DNA of 64,000 bases from Trichodelitschia bisporula (taxonomy: Eukaryota). This document shows positions 49,392 through 61,997 of this stretch, piece after piece. Made by a program: the position numbers and the translations under genes. The DNA is taken from NCBI GenBank assembly GCA_010356995.1, contig ML996695.1, forward strand, positions 257,061 to 321,060. Reading direction: 5' to 3'. Within the stretch, counting starts at the first letter, position 1; each line of letters begins with the position of its first letter. The notes under the pieces are model-generated. The model did not search any database. It saw nothing but the letters and a program-made list of their open reading frames with translations, and was not told where the DNA came from.

Positions 49392-50280
49392 CTACTGCCT
49401 GTCCAGCTCCGGGTACTTGCGGAAGATGCCATTGGAGTACTTTATGCGCCTCTCGCTCGCAAGATACTCCTTGATTCCCTTCTCCTCTTTGATAGTCGGA
49501 TAGAAGGTTTCGAAAATGAGAGGGTAGTCCTTCTTCCTCGCCTCCAGCTCCTTCGGGAAAGCATATAGCAAGCTAGCTCCAGTTAGCATCTCAAATTCTG
49601 AAGTCTCACAGCTCAACTCACCCGTCGATGACTTGCCAAAGCGTTGTATCCGCATAAGTCAACTTCCCACCCACAAGATACTTCCCCTCCCCATCCCTCT
49701 TCTCCTTATTCCCCTTCAACACCCGCTCAAAGTACCCCAAAAACTTGGGACATCTGGCCTCCCGAAAGTCCTTCGACCGCTTCTTTGACTCCTCAAGCTG
49801 ATCCTCATAATACGCCATCATGTTCACAGGATGATGCGTATCATGCGCCTCATTCGTCCAATCCAACGCCGTAAGCGCAAGCTCACTCACATGCCACTTA
49901 TCCGGCCCATCCTCCTCCCCAGCAAGCCCAATCTTCGCCCCCAAGTACGCAAGCATATTCCCCGTCTGGCTAATCACCAGCGGCCCGCCGCCAGTCCCCG
50001 CGTTTTCGACCCGCAGCGCCGGCAGCGCGTATACAGGCGGGCTGTTCCCCTCCCCCAAACTATCTGGAGCAACGGTCGCGTAGACCTGCCCCGTCAGTGC
50101 TTCTTTCGTCTTCTTGTCCCCGGAACCCCAGGTTGCTTCGCCGCCGAGGTCGGTGTAGGGCGTCCCGCTGGCTTCGAGGGCGAGGCGGGTGAATTCGCCG
50201 CGGCCGGGGAGGCCGGGGTGGTAGATAAGGGTGTAGGTTGGGGAGGTGCGAGTGCGCTTGCTGGGCTGTTCGGCGGACAT
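49392..50280 (-). CDS. Glutathione S-transferase family protein, 2 exons (50280-49622, 49572-49392)
   Basis: PGRGEFTRLALE, ISQTGNML, EAHDTHHP, TYADTTLWQVIDG|LLYAFP and GIFRKYPELD. Confidence 0.9.
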
Positions 50281-50903
50281 GGTGGCGTGTTGTGAGGACG
50301 GTGGAATTGGTGGTTGCTTGTATATGGGATATGGAGATGGAAAGGTGTGAAGTCGGAAGGAGCTGAGCTGTTAGGGAAGGTGCGGGGTATCGATCGGCAT
50401 GGCACAGGGAGCAATGGCTGCTATTTAGGCACTTGAGGTATGTTTACTTGTGATGAGGGACACCAAGAGGCTGGGCGAGGTAGTTAATCAGCACCACTGA
50501 CCTGACTGGCAGACTGACATCATGGTGACACATGCATGGTCTAACGAAAATGGGTCCGACAAGGCTGGAGATGCGCCGCTACTGTAGGGAGACACGAGAC
50601 AGCCTTGCAACGCTACCCTGACCATGAAAATCCTCAAGAGTATGTGTAAGCCAAAATATAGTGATTATCAATTCTAAGACTAAGGAGATGATGAAGGAGA
50701 GCCTAAAAAATCCACACACACACATGCGCACAAATAAAGTCACCTAAGAACCCCGAAACTGCCCGCATTCCGACAAAGCATTGTGCCATAGAGGCCACCC
50801 GCAAAGAAGATTCGCTGAACCGAACCGGATTCAACCTAACTACTAACAACGAAATCACTGGGTTGTGTGAGTAGGCTACTCAAAGGCGCATGTGCCCAGA
50901 CTT

Positions 50904-52897
50904 TTAGGCAGGAGCATCCACAAGGGAAGTGGTGCCATCCTCGAACCACTTGTAGTACGGTCGCTGCAAAACGTCAGGCTGCGACTCACAAGACCGAGCG
51001 GAGAACTCACCTTATCGATAAAATGAACATCGAGGAAGTAACAGCTGTCGTTCATACAGCCGCCAGACTTGTCCTGGAAAGGGCACTGATGACCCCAGTA
51101 GCAGTCGAACCGCTGACAGCTGCTTCTCTGAGGACAACTCCGCGTCCGCGCCCGATGCCTCAGCGCCAGCAGCTCCTCCTCACTCAGCTTCCCATCATGA
51201 GAGTACCCACAAGTGCCTTCACACATGCCGCGGAGGAAATGCTCGTTGCAGACCTTCCCCTTGGCAGTGATCCGGGCGTTTAAAACAGTTATTCCATTCT
51301 GCGTCGCCGATCTCAGAACAGGATCCAACCGCTGCCATCGCTCGTTGTAATAAATGACTTTGACCTTTGCCACAGGGGGTTTCGGAGCTGGAGCAATAGA
51401 GATGGTCTTGGTGGTGGCTCCGGCTTTTCCCACAACCGCCCAGGTCGTGTCTGGCTGAGTATGGGCCGGCGTTGCAGCAGGAAGTGCCGGCGATGATTCG
51501 GCCGTTGTGGAAGAAGGAGTTGTGGAGCGCTGCGGTAATGCAGTCGCATTGAATGTTGTTGCTACATTAGCCGCCCTCGAGAGGACGGGAGCCTCTGTCT
51601 TTCCATTCGGACCGCCGTTGACATTCCCATTCACGCGGTTGGCTGGCGCCGAAACCGTACGATATGCCGGTTGCGGGGGTGAGCGAGGAGCCGCGCCATT
51701 CGAGAGCGGTTCGGACCGGAAGACAGAGGGGAAGCGGGCCATGTTAAAATTGAGATCCTTGAAGCCTTCCTCGGCGCGCAGCGTTTCCAGCAGACTAATC
51801 CGAGACCGGGTGGCTTCGTCGTGCCGGTAAGGCTGGAGGGTGGGGAGGTATCCGTTGTCATGACATCCCCCGAAGATGATGTGCTTGCACTGCTTGTTCC
51901 CGAGGAACAAACGAAACATCTCTGTGCATAGTCAGCTTATAGTTCAAGCCTCCTGAGTTGATAAAAGTGAGTACTTACCTCGAATCTTGTTGTCCGCCCT
52001 CTCCTTCCCAACGCCAACATCGACGATACTAAAGTGAAATTGACTACTGTTGAATGACCTTGCAAAAGAGTGGAGCTCGGACGGCGAATTGATGATGTTC
52101 ATAGACACCAGTTTTCCTGCCAGTCCTCCGAGATTTGCGTATATCTGGACGGCAATCGACCACTGTCCTACATCATAGGTGGGATAGAGCGACTGAACAT
52201 GCTCTGTGATTTCCGTAAGCAGCTTGTGGGCAGCATCAGATCCGCCATCTGTGCCAGCTTGAACGAGAGCATCGTGGAACTTTGTTCATTATTAGCAACC
52301 TATACAAGTCGTACGGGACGAGGGAGGTCAGACTTACATATGCTCCATCACCGTCGATAAGAACTTGCACAAAGCAGTTGGATTCCTAAACGGTCAAGGC
52401 ATGCTCAAGCCGGGAACAGGAAATACCTACAAGGGAGTGATTGAGAATGTTGTACTTCTTCGCTATGGCATCGAACTGATCCCGCTGATTCAATCTCCAA
52501 TTACGCTCATCATCGTAGTCTCGGCATTTCTGTTCGTACATCTTGCTAAGCTTTCGGAACCGCTCGAGGACATCCTAAATCAGTCAGGTGTTTGATCGTG
52601 GCATTGCTGCGGCACAGCCTCGCCACGCATATGAACGCCCAACGCAGTGATCTATCACGGGCTGACCAGAACCGCAGCATTTACACCAAGTTGGTGGGAA
52701 TAAGAGCAGAACCTAGGCGCTGCCCTCTAGCGAGACACGCATCGCCATCTAACCTGGGACATAGTGGTAGATGGAAGTGTGGGGAAATAACCTACACTAA
52801 GTAGAGCATCACGCTTCTGGTCAGCCTCCTGAAAGGCCTTTTGCTGCGCCTCGAAGGCATCATAATCAAAGTCAACCCTGTTCGTAAGGTCCGCCAT
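50904..52897 (-). CDS. CCCH zinc-finger protein with N-terminal coiled coil and NYN/PIN-like domain, 6 exons (52897-52796, 52574-52431, 52385-52338, 52279-51979, 51921-51011, 50963-50904)
   Basis: Manual splicing gives FVQVLIDGDGAYF, VDVGVGKERADNKIREMF and IIFGGCHDNGY, then three CCCH-type motifs. Confidence 0.82.
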
Positions 52898-53608
52898 AAC
52901 TGCGGAATGGTCCACGATAGAGGGAAGAAAAAAGTGTGTACGGATGTAAAATGATGGATTGAGAGCAAACGAAAATGCGATGCGGGGAGAGGGTGGTGCC
53001 TGCTATTTAGCCACCCATGTCGAAGAAGTGAGGCGTTTTGCCCTTCAAGCACTTGCCAAGCCCCAATGCGCGGACCTTTGGTTGTCTGCCCTGCCCCTCC
53101 AGCGCCAATTGTGGCTTGCAGCTGTGGTGCACGACCAACACTCGTGGCGATCTGTACACGAGCGGCCTCCATCTCACAACGAGCTTCATGCTTGGGCACT
53201 CAACGTACGTGTCGCTGCCCCAGCCGAGCACTTCTCACCGGTCTAGCATCGGACCTAGCAACACGTTCTGACATGAGATTCATGGACCTCTACGAACACC
53301 AGTAACACCTTGCCTCACAGTAGCGTGCGTTGACTATCGTGGATAACCTTATGCTTCTCGCAGGCCGTGTGCCAGTCGGGAGTCTACCCGCAGCATTTCT
53401 GTGGAGAGCGTGTTCTGGACTTGCTGTTCATCTGCACGACGAGGATATTCCTAACTGCGATACAAGTTGTCAAACGTCAGCTTTGCCTTCCGGGGTGACA
53501 CAAACCGTTTCACACCACGAAGAGGCGCTCGGAATACGGATGTATGCCTTCAATTCGTAAGTTAGTGACCATCTATAGGCTGACGAGAGACTTGCCACCT
53601 GTCTTGGC

Positions 53609-53611
<3 letters not shown>

Positions 53612-53656
<45 letters not shown>
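53612..53656. repeat. (GA)n microsatellite, ~22 units
   Basis: Uninterrupted GA dinucleotide run. Confidence 0.98.
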
Positions 53657-53657
<1 letters not shown>

Positions 53658-54427
53658 CATTGTTCGACACTTGGAGGGACTCGAAGCCATGAACATCTCC
53701 AATCTGCAAGGCATGGCAGATTGCTGAGGGTAAAAAAGGAAACATATATGCGTAGTCAAGACAAACCGCAATGCACGGGGCACCATTTGGAGTGGTCCCC
53801 TTTTCTTGCGTCACGCATGCAGCTCATCGCCCCACAGTTCTCCCACAGAGCTGGTCCACCCGTCAAGTTTCAAAACCACCACACTTCAGTCTTGGATACT
53901 CGCCACTCGGCAGGAGGGGAGCAATGTTCTCTTCTGCTGCTACAACTACAACCATGACACCCGTAGCTATCATATGGCCCTTTCCTACGCCCGTAGCTTT
54001 TCTCCGTCAAGTCATTTCCTTCATTCGTACAATCCCACCAAACACCTCTCAAAGCATCCACTGAGCACCCCGTGTGTACGCGGGTCGCCTTGAAAAATGC
54101 CACCACAGACCCAAACGCCTCAAAGTTCACACTCCTACAGAAATGTTCGTTACAGGAAGCTACCGTTAAAAGCTAGCAAGGGGTATTCAGAGACAAAGGA
54201 GAAAAACAGGAGTTGACGTCAGAGATGCGCCACGCATGAAACGCATCCAAAGGAGGTCGAGTTGGCCTTACATGACCGCGGAAATAACAGGTTTGAAAAG
54301 TGGTCGTGATATCGGAAGAGCAAGGGTCGGAGTGGAAGCATGCTTGCAGACATGTCTCGAGGGGGTAAAAGATCTCATGTTCGCGATCCGGGAGACGATG
54401 CCAATTTTAGACCTGACAGGTCACAGG

Positions 54428-56592
54428 CTATTCCTGCATAAGCAGGGCGTCGCCAAAGTCTTCTTCCTCGTCCAGAGTAAGCGGGGCGTCCATGGTGGGA
54501 GAGCTATTCTGAGGAATCTGCAGAGGCGGCAAGGACAGTTGGGGGTGCAGCGAAGGTTGTTGGGGGTGAAGCTGAGGCTGGATGGCTGAGATATCGGCGT
54601 GTGAAGGTGCAGGAGGAGGCGGTGGGGGCACTTGGCCCTGCGGCTGCGCTGGCTGCTGGTGATTGCCCTGGGCTGTCAGTAGCCCCTGTGCGATGTTCTG
54701 AAGTGCTTGGACTGCGGCACTGGCAACCCCTTGAGGGGCTTGCGTCACCGGGGCGCCTCCCTCGTTTTCCCCATCAAACGTCATGGCATCGAAGCCATGG
54801 CTGTTGGCCTCGTCGTTGAGATATTCGCGAAGACCACCCACGCCAGGGCCCGAGAACACGCAGAAAACCTCACGCTGTTGCTCATTGAACTCTGTGTTAA
54901 CGTTAGCTCCTGCAAATTGACCGAGAACTTGCTGTCATTACCATGAGGGGCTTCGCGGCAAAAAGCAAGGAGCTCATCCCGGAGGAAAGCCACAACGCCA
55001 GTCAGGCTGAGATGCGTGAGTCTCGGGCAGTTATTGAGCAGTTTTGTGATTCCCTATAGTTTTGTCATCAGCATTCTGAGGTCATACGAAAGGTGGGGTG
55101 CTTACCGCGAGCGTCAGATTGACACAGTAGCTGAGATGTACGCGCTCCAGCACACTGGGAGCCACCTGGCTTCCGGAAGGATTCTTCGGCTTTGCAAGAG
55201 CGTAGATGCTCCTGTCTGTAATGTTCGCGCACTTCACCAGGCCAATGCGCTTGAGTCTAGGCAACGTTGCGAGCTGCATTACCGACGCGTCCGTCAGATT
55301 GGTGCAACACGCGAGGTCGATGTAGCGGATTCTGTTGCACAACTTCACCAGTTGTATGACTCCCGTATCCGTAATGCGGGCACAATGTCCGAGATGAATG
55401 TAGTGAAGGTTCTTACCCAGGCGGGTAATCGCCATAACCGCTCGGTCAGTGATGTTGCGGCACTTGGCGAGGACCAGATTCCGAAGTCGAGGAGCGGCCA
55501 TGATGATCTTTTGCACTCCACCATCCGTCAGCTCTGAGCAATCGGTCAAATCAAGGATCCTCAAGGTATCATAGGTGGTCTCATTGGGAAGCTTGAGGAA
55601 AGCATTGTCGGTGAGGCGAAGGCAATGAGCCAGTCGAAGCTCGCGGAGATTGGGGCCTTCTGTGATAAGAGCGGTGATGGCATCATCCTCGACCGACCGG
55701 CAATCATGGAGATCGATCTCTACAAGTTGGCGACAGTGTGTAGCGAAGGCTATGACAGACTTTTCGGTCAGGTGGATGCACCCGTTGAGTTTCAACTGTG
55801 AGTTTGTGAGTATGCGGCCTTTTGGGAACCAGAGAGACATACCCGTTTCAGGTGACGACAGCTGCGAGCCACCTCCTCGAGGGCCGCATCCTTTATGCGA
55901 CGGCAGTTGGTGATGTTCAAGCCTTGCAGCCGGAAGCAGTTCGTGGCCACAGCGCGCATAGTGACATCCGTAACACCGTCGATGGACGTGACGTCCAGAG
56001 CAAGCAAGCTGCGGTTGCCATCTATCATCTTGGCCACACTCAAGTCGCTGAGCCTCGAACATCCCGTCAACGTAAGGCGCTCGATGCGCTTGCAACTGGC
56101 GAACGGCTGAAGGGTGCCATCGCTACATGTCTGGCCGAGTGCAGACAGGTTCAACCGCTTGACCAGGTGGCTGTAGTCGAAGTATTGGTGAGCGCTACGA
56201 ATCGACTGAACTACGTTATGTAGCGCCTCCCAGCTGCCAGTCTGCGGTCGATGCCAAAGGAGCCCAACGCTGTTGCGCGCCCACTCCTTCGACACCAGCA
56301 TGCAGTTCTTGAGGTCGCCAGTTGAGCCGAGTTTCTGGAAGATACAGATCATCAACTCCGCTGGTAACCGGCTGATGGGCGAAACGCGCGTCCGCTCTGC
56401 CATTTCTCTCGCCAAGGAATCGCTGACGTCGTCTGCTACGGAGGGAACGAGAGAGGATTGAGAATCGTTCGCAAGGTGCATAAAGGAGTCATTGTCATCA
56501 TCCACACCCCGTTCAGGTGATGTCGACGCAGAGGATGTCGAGTTGGCGCCGCTGGACAGGCGCCGGTTCATGCTGCGGGATTCGCGCTGCAT
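54428..56592 (-). CDS. GRR1: SCF F-box/LRR protein Grr1 (GrrA), 4 exons (56592-55843, 55795-55106, 55053-54942, 54891-54428)
   Basis: F-box ISRLPAEL...LLWHRP, LRRs (KRIERLTLTGC, RLRNLVLAKC, KRIGLVKC, ERVHLSYC, THLSLTGV) and C-terminal EFNEQQREVFCVFSG. Confidence 0.96.
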
Positions 56593-59500
56593 CCTGGCAA
56601 AGTATGGGAGTGCCGTTTGCGTAGTACAATCCGAGAAGACGATCTGTGAAACAAGGAGTGGCGACCTGAAAGGCGATACGCGTTCGCAAGTGGTGTTCAA
56701 GTTTGGTGTTTCCGGGCCGTCGAGGGGAAGTTTGATGAGGCCGGTGGGGGGAGGGGTTGAGGGGTGAAGGCGTAGGGCGGAGGTGGGGGTGGAGTGTTGA
56801 AGAAGGGCGGAGGGTGAAGAAGAAGAGGTTTGGCTCGTTGGCGATTTTATTTGCGTTGATGTTTGGGTCCTTCGAGGCCAAGCTTTCACTTTCAAGAAGT
56901 GGTGATGTCGTCGCGTCGCAACAGCCAACCGTTGGAAGTGACGGGATACTCAACAAAGAAAGCGCAACCAGTGCGGAATTAGAATGGATAGGTTTGGGGT
57001 GGGATGGGGTGAGGGGTGAGGGGTTGCGGACGTTAAGAGGGTGATGGAGGGGTTGAGGGCGATGATCGGTGAGGGAAGGGAGCAAGCGCAAGAATTCCGG
57101 GTCAAGCCCGAATGTAAGTACTTTCGAGATATTCTGGGGTGGGGAGAGACGTGAGAGAGAGGGGGTGGGATAGCATGGGGGGGAGAGATGGGGACAGGGA
57201 GGCGCCTTTGGAGAGGCTTGGAGGGAGGCGGATACTGCGACTTCTTCTATACGTCCACAAACGAAAGCACTTGTAGGGGGGCTTTTGAACTTTGGGCTTG
57301 ATGAGGGGTGGAAGAGAGTGACCATGGTGACGCAGAGTCGTGGACAAAAACACGACCAGGGCTCGTGAATGGTCGCAATTTTCATTTACGTCTCTACGAA
57401 CTTAGCAACTCACAAGACGAACAAGCCAGGGGAGGATCATGGCGAACAAGCTTGTCGACAATAATATGCAAGCTTATACTTTTTCCTGGTTTCTTTGCAT
57501 CTGTTGACTGAACTACTGTATCTTGGATATGCGTACTTGTTTGGTGAAGGTAGTGATAGGAAGTTAGGCGATGCGCAAGCGCAACTGCAAGACCTTTCCC
57601 CCTACAAGGCGGCCTGGACAAAGCCTACACCGTACGTTCCGCCAAGAGTCGGGTTTGATGCAAGTTGAAGGAGACATAATATCCTCCGTCCTTCCTTTTC
57701 TCGTCTTCAGCTTCCTCTATTTGGTCATATAGAATTCCATAGATGTTGTTTGCGGCTCATCCAGGACGCCTCTCGATGTCTCCCTTCTCTCCCATTCCCT
57801 TTCTCTTGATATCCCCCCACCGCGGACAATAACAAGTACTTGATGACTGCATTTACTTCCCATCGCTACTTCAGCCTAGCGGGTTATGTTGGCGCGGATG
57901 TCTGTAGCGTTACAGCGTTCTGTAGGCCACCATTACTAGTTCTACAATGTACGTAGTTACCACTTCCAACTGAGCCCCGCCCGCACAGTTCCCTCCGTCA
58001 TTGGAGGGGCGCAATTCGCAACCCTTAAACATGGGGTTCCTCAACTGCCACTGGCCCTCGTGAAATGGGGCGCTGGGGGCTTGCTCATGCCCCAACCCCG
58101 TGACGGGGGGTGTCGTCGGCATATCGGGTGCTACAATCACCGACTGTCAAGTCGCATCAATCCACTGACCTCCTCTATCGTCTCAACTCTCAACGTCCAC
58201 GCGGCCGGCGGCAGCAAGCGGGCAGTGTGCAGCTAGGGAGTGGAACGCCTTGGCTTGCCATCTTGATATCCTTCGAACCCTCCATTTTGGCAATCTGTGT
58301 ATCGGCGTCGCATCTCTGCCGTCGGCAAGAGAGTTCACCGACCGAAACCGAGGGCGTCCGCGGCATTTTTTAGGACGCCTTTTAACAGGTTTGACATGCT
58401 TCAGGCATGCCAACCCGTTGCTTAACGCCTGGTCTTCCACCGGAGGAACTGTCCTGAGAGCAATTGGTTGGCCCAGTGAGGCGGTTTGCGCCCTTGCTAG
58501 TGCTCTGAGTCTTGAGAGTTTCTAGCCTACGATGGCTTCGAACTGACGATCCATCTCAACCGTTTCTTCGGACCAGGTAAGCCTCCCCGGTGTTTCAGCA
58601 AAGACTCCCCAAAGCCTGCAAGTGGGATAGTATGCCGTGTATGCGTACATATCAGAGGGTGAGGTCGGTGGCAGCGAAGCATCAAGCACCGCAGTGTCAA
58701 GAAATTATGCGTCTATCGCCTACCAAACAGGCTTCCCCAACATGGGCGCGCACTAAATTATCGTGTGTTTGAGGTCCCCGATCAATCCATGCTTGATATC
58801 CGCGCCTTGACTCTCATAGCCCTGTTGGAGACAGAATACATTAGCGCATCCTAGCCGCGCTCCAGACTTCGCGAGATGGGCTCCGGGCAAACAACCGGGA
58901 TGGGCACAGCCCCTCAGTTTATGAAGCGGATGGGGCGCAAGCCATCAACCCGCCGTTGGTAAATTATCGTCAACCTGGGATCCAGAACGGCCTTTGCAAA
59001 TGCCACTCGACTGCTTTCAATGTAGGGCTTCGGAGCAGTGTTCCTGTGGCTTTTGGTTGTGCCTCCGGTGATCAACATCGGTGCAGGCCATTGCTTGCAG
59101 ATTGGGCGACATAATACATCCGTAGGGCATCTCGTCTCGACACACAAGTCAAACCTTCCCCGGCACAACGTTATGATGCACAACTTCTGCGTACAGTAAC
59201 TCGAAATGCTCCACCGAGGGAGATTGGAGGGCGATTGTACGTGTTGATTGGAAGTCGGGATAAGCCGAATCGGGAAAAAGAGTGTTGTTCAGAGGATACT
59301 CCGCCTCTGGAGGATGAAATTGCTTCGCGCAATGAAGAAGTGGATGACAAGGCTTCGGCAGTGCATTCCTTCCAACCGGATATGAAGCTTGCAGCCGGTC
59401 TCCTATCAATCAAGACGTGAACCTAAATTCTTCAAAGCCCGGCAGTCGCCGACCGCCTGTCATTCCCATCATCATGACGCAGGAGAAGTGTGGCTTGTTA

Positions 59501-61997
59501 ACCTTGAACCCCACGTCTCCAAACGTCCAAGGGCCATGCGGAAAAGTCGTGGCCGCCCTGAATAGGCGACTTTGTGCGCGAGGGCGGCCACGACCTTTAC
59601 GCGTGGCCCTTGGTCTCTGAAAGGGTCATTATTGCAGATGCCCGATGGAATCAACTACAACTGTCCTAGCGAACACCAAGCGTGTCCCCTTTGGAGCGCC
59701 TGGGTTGAATGCCGAATAGCGGTGTTCCATGGATATTTCTCAGGGTCTACTTTGCCATAGTGTTGGCAAAGATTCAGAAATCGCATGAGGCGGGACAACT
59801 TCAATTGTCTGTTGCTGCTGCCAGTAGGGAGCAGGCCATGGGAGTGACGTATCTACCAGATCCCGGACCCCACGTTGGACACGCAGCCGCGGGCCGCTTC
59901 CTCGTATCGCCCTCGTAGGCCCAAGGGCCCATTCCAGACGACTTTGGCGACGCTGTTCTCAACAATCCGAGTGAGACACACAGCATTCACTCCGCCTTTC
60001 AACGCGGCACTCCGAAACGAGCAAGTGCCTCCCCGCAGCAGCGTGAACCATGAACCATCCGGCATCCTGCACGCGCGCGCACGCGGCCGCAATGTCGCAG
60101 GCCTGCAAAGCTTTACCACCACCCGTGGCCTAAAGGTCGCCTGGGCGAGCGATGCCCCGGTGGTCTGTGAGGACGGAGTGTCGGCGGTGCCCAGAAGCGA
60201 CTTCCCGGGGACTTCTCGCACCCTGACGCGGCAGTTTTAGAAACGGGTCGGCATGCCGGCTGCCGATCCCCACACAGCACCGCCGCAGCGGGATGAGGTT
60301 GAGCTTTGCGGAGAGACCAGGCACGAGCCTTGATTCGGCAATCAGAGTCGCAGAGAAATTGTGGGCGTGGAGCTCAACGGCATCAGCAGACCTGGTGAAG
60401 TCCGAGTGAACTTCATGTATGGGCTGCCTGCAATGCACGGACCCGGAGCCACCTCTGGAAATTCAAGTCAGGCGTCAAACTGCACCGATGCAGTCTCGGA
60501 GTAGTATCACGAAATAGCCACAACTGCATGCTATCCATGATCTTGACTCTTGCTATCTGGAGTTGCACCTTCCAACGGCCTCTGTCCTTGACTATGTCTC
60601 GTCCCTAGCTCCATCTTATCACTCATAATGCTGCTCCACGCTCCGCCACCGGGCACTGGATTTATGCAGCACAGAATTCTTGTTTCGCACGCCTCGGGGA
60701 TAGCTCCGACTAAACGTGCTTCGTTTGGATATCGTGGGACTTCCGAAATTCTGTTCCGATGTGACGGAAGATTTGCCGGAGCTACGCACGGAAGAGTGTT
60801 TCGGCCACAACCTGCAGTACTCCGGAGATATAAATTGCCATCCTGATGTCACCAAACAGCCCGAGATCACAGATTGCACGATCGGCAGCAAGTGCCCAGC
60901 TTCGCATCTTCCCTAGAACTGGAATTAGGACAAATGTACTTCTTGATGTGCTGCGAGAATCTAAAGGGTGTGTTGTTTACGGACGGTGCGTGGTCGGGTA
61001 CTTGCTTTAAACGTTGCAACCAGTCCTATCTCAAAGGTCCTCATTTGGCTTGCCGTCTTGAACCGGTGCTCTAACTCTTCGAGGATTAAAGACTCCACGT
61101 TCGTTTCTTAGTTGCTGATCGGGAGTTCTCGCAGTTTGTCGTTGGCTATGGGAAACCGGTTGGACTCAAGTCGAGTCAGTTACCCCGTAAACAGTACTAG
61201 CCGGACCCGGGAACGTAAATGTTGTTTACGACGAAAAGAGCTGAAGGATTCCTGAGTGGCCTTGAATCGCCTGGAATACACAAGGGCTTTTCCTCGATAT
61301 GCAAAGACTTTGAAATCTCAGTCCTGTCAGCTTACCAGTCTTCAGTGAAATCCGCTTCGACCACGCTTCCTTTTCCGCGCATGATTCCTACGGCATGGAA
61401 ATCAGAAAATGGCCGGATCTGACCAATTCGGCCTGTCTTGCATACGTTTGTGGTGATGTTCTCGTCTGAAGCACGATTAGATTGTAGGAGGGGCGCAATG
61501 TTGCCATTTGAAACGTCCCTGTCTAAGCTCTATCTCGTCGTACAAAAAGGATCATATCGCGGTGATGAATGTTGAATGGATATCAAGCCGGGACCGCTTA
61601 TTTTCTGCTTGTCGTGAGGGGAAGAGTCCGGAGCTCGAGGATACAGCACATGGCATTTCAATAATTCTTAAAGGATCCCACGAACTTTTGTACACATCGT
61701 ATGACAGTCTTCTCTATGACTGGCATGTTCGTCAGCCACTGATATTGATCTACGTTTGGAGGCATGACAGTGTGATTGGTGCCTGACTTGCCCACGCCGA
61801 GCTTGACTTCACTTGGCAACCTTGCGTCCAAAGTGCCTTGAGAATGCCACCTCCGCGACCAGTTCACCTCACCTCGGCCTTTGCATAAGGCCTTCCGCGC
61901 ACTACGACCTGCCTTTTTCTTTCCGATACCCAGCATCACACCAACAGTGCCACTCCCATAATCCCCTCCATGCGCACAAGCCGACCAGGAACTCGCG

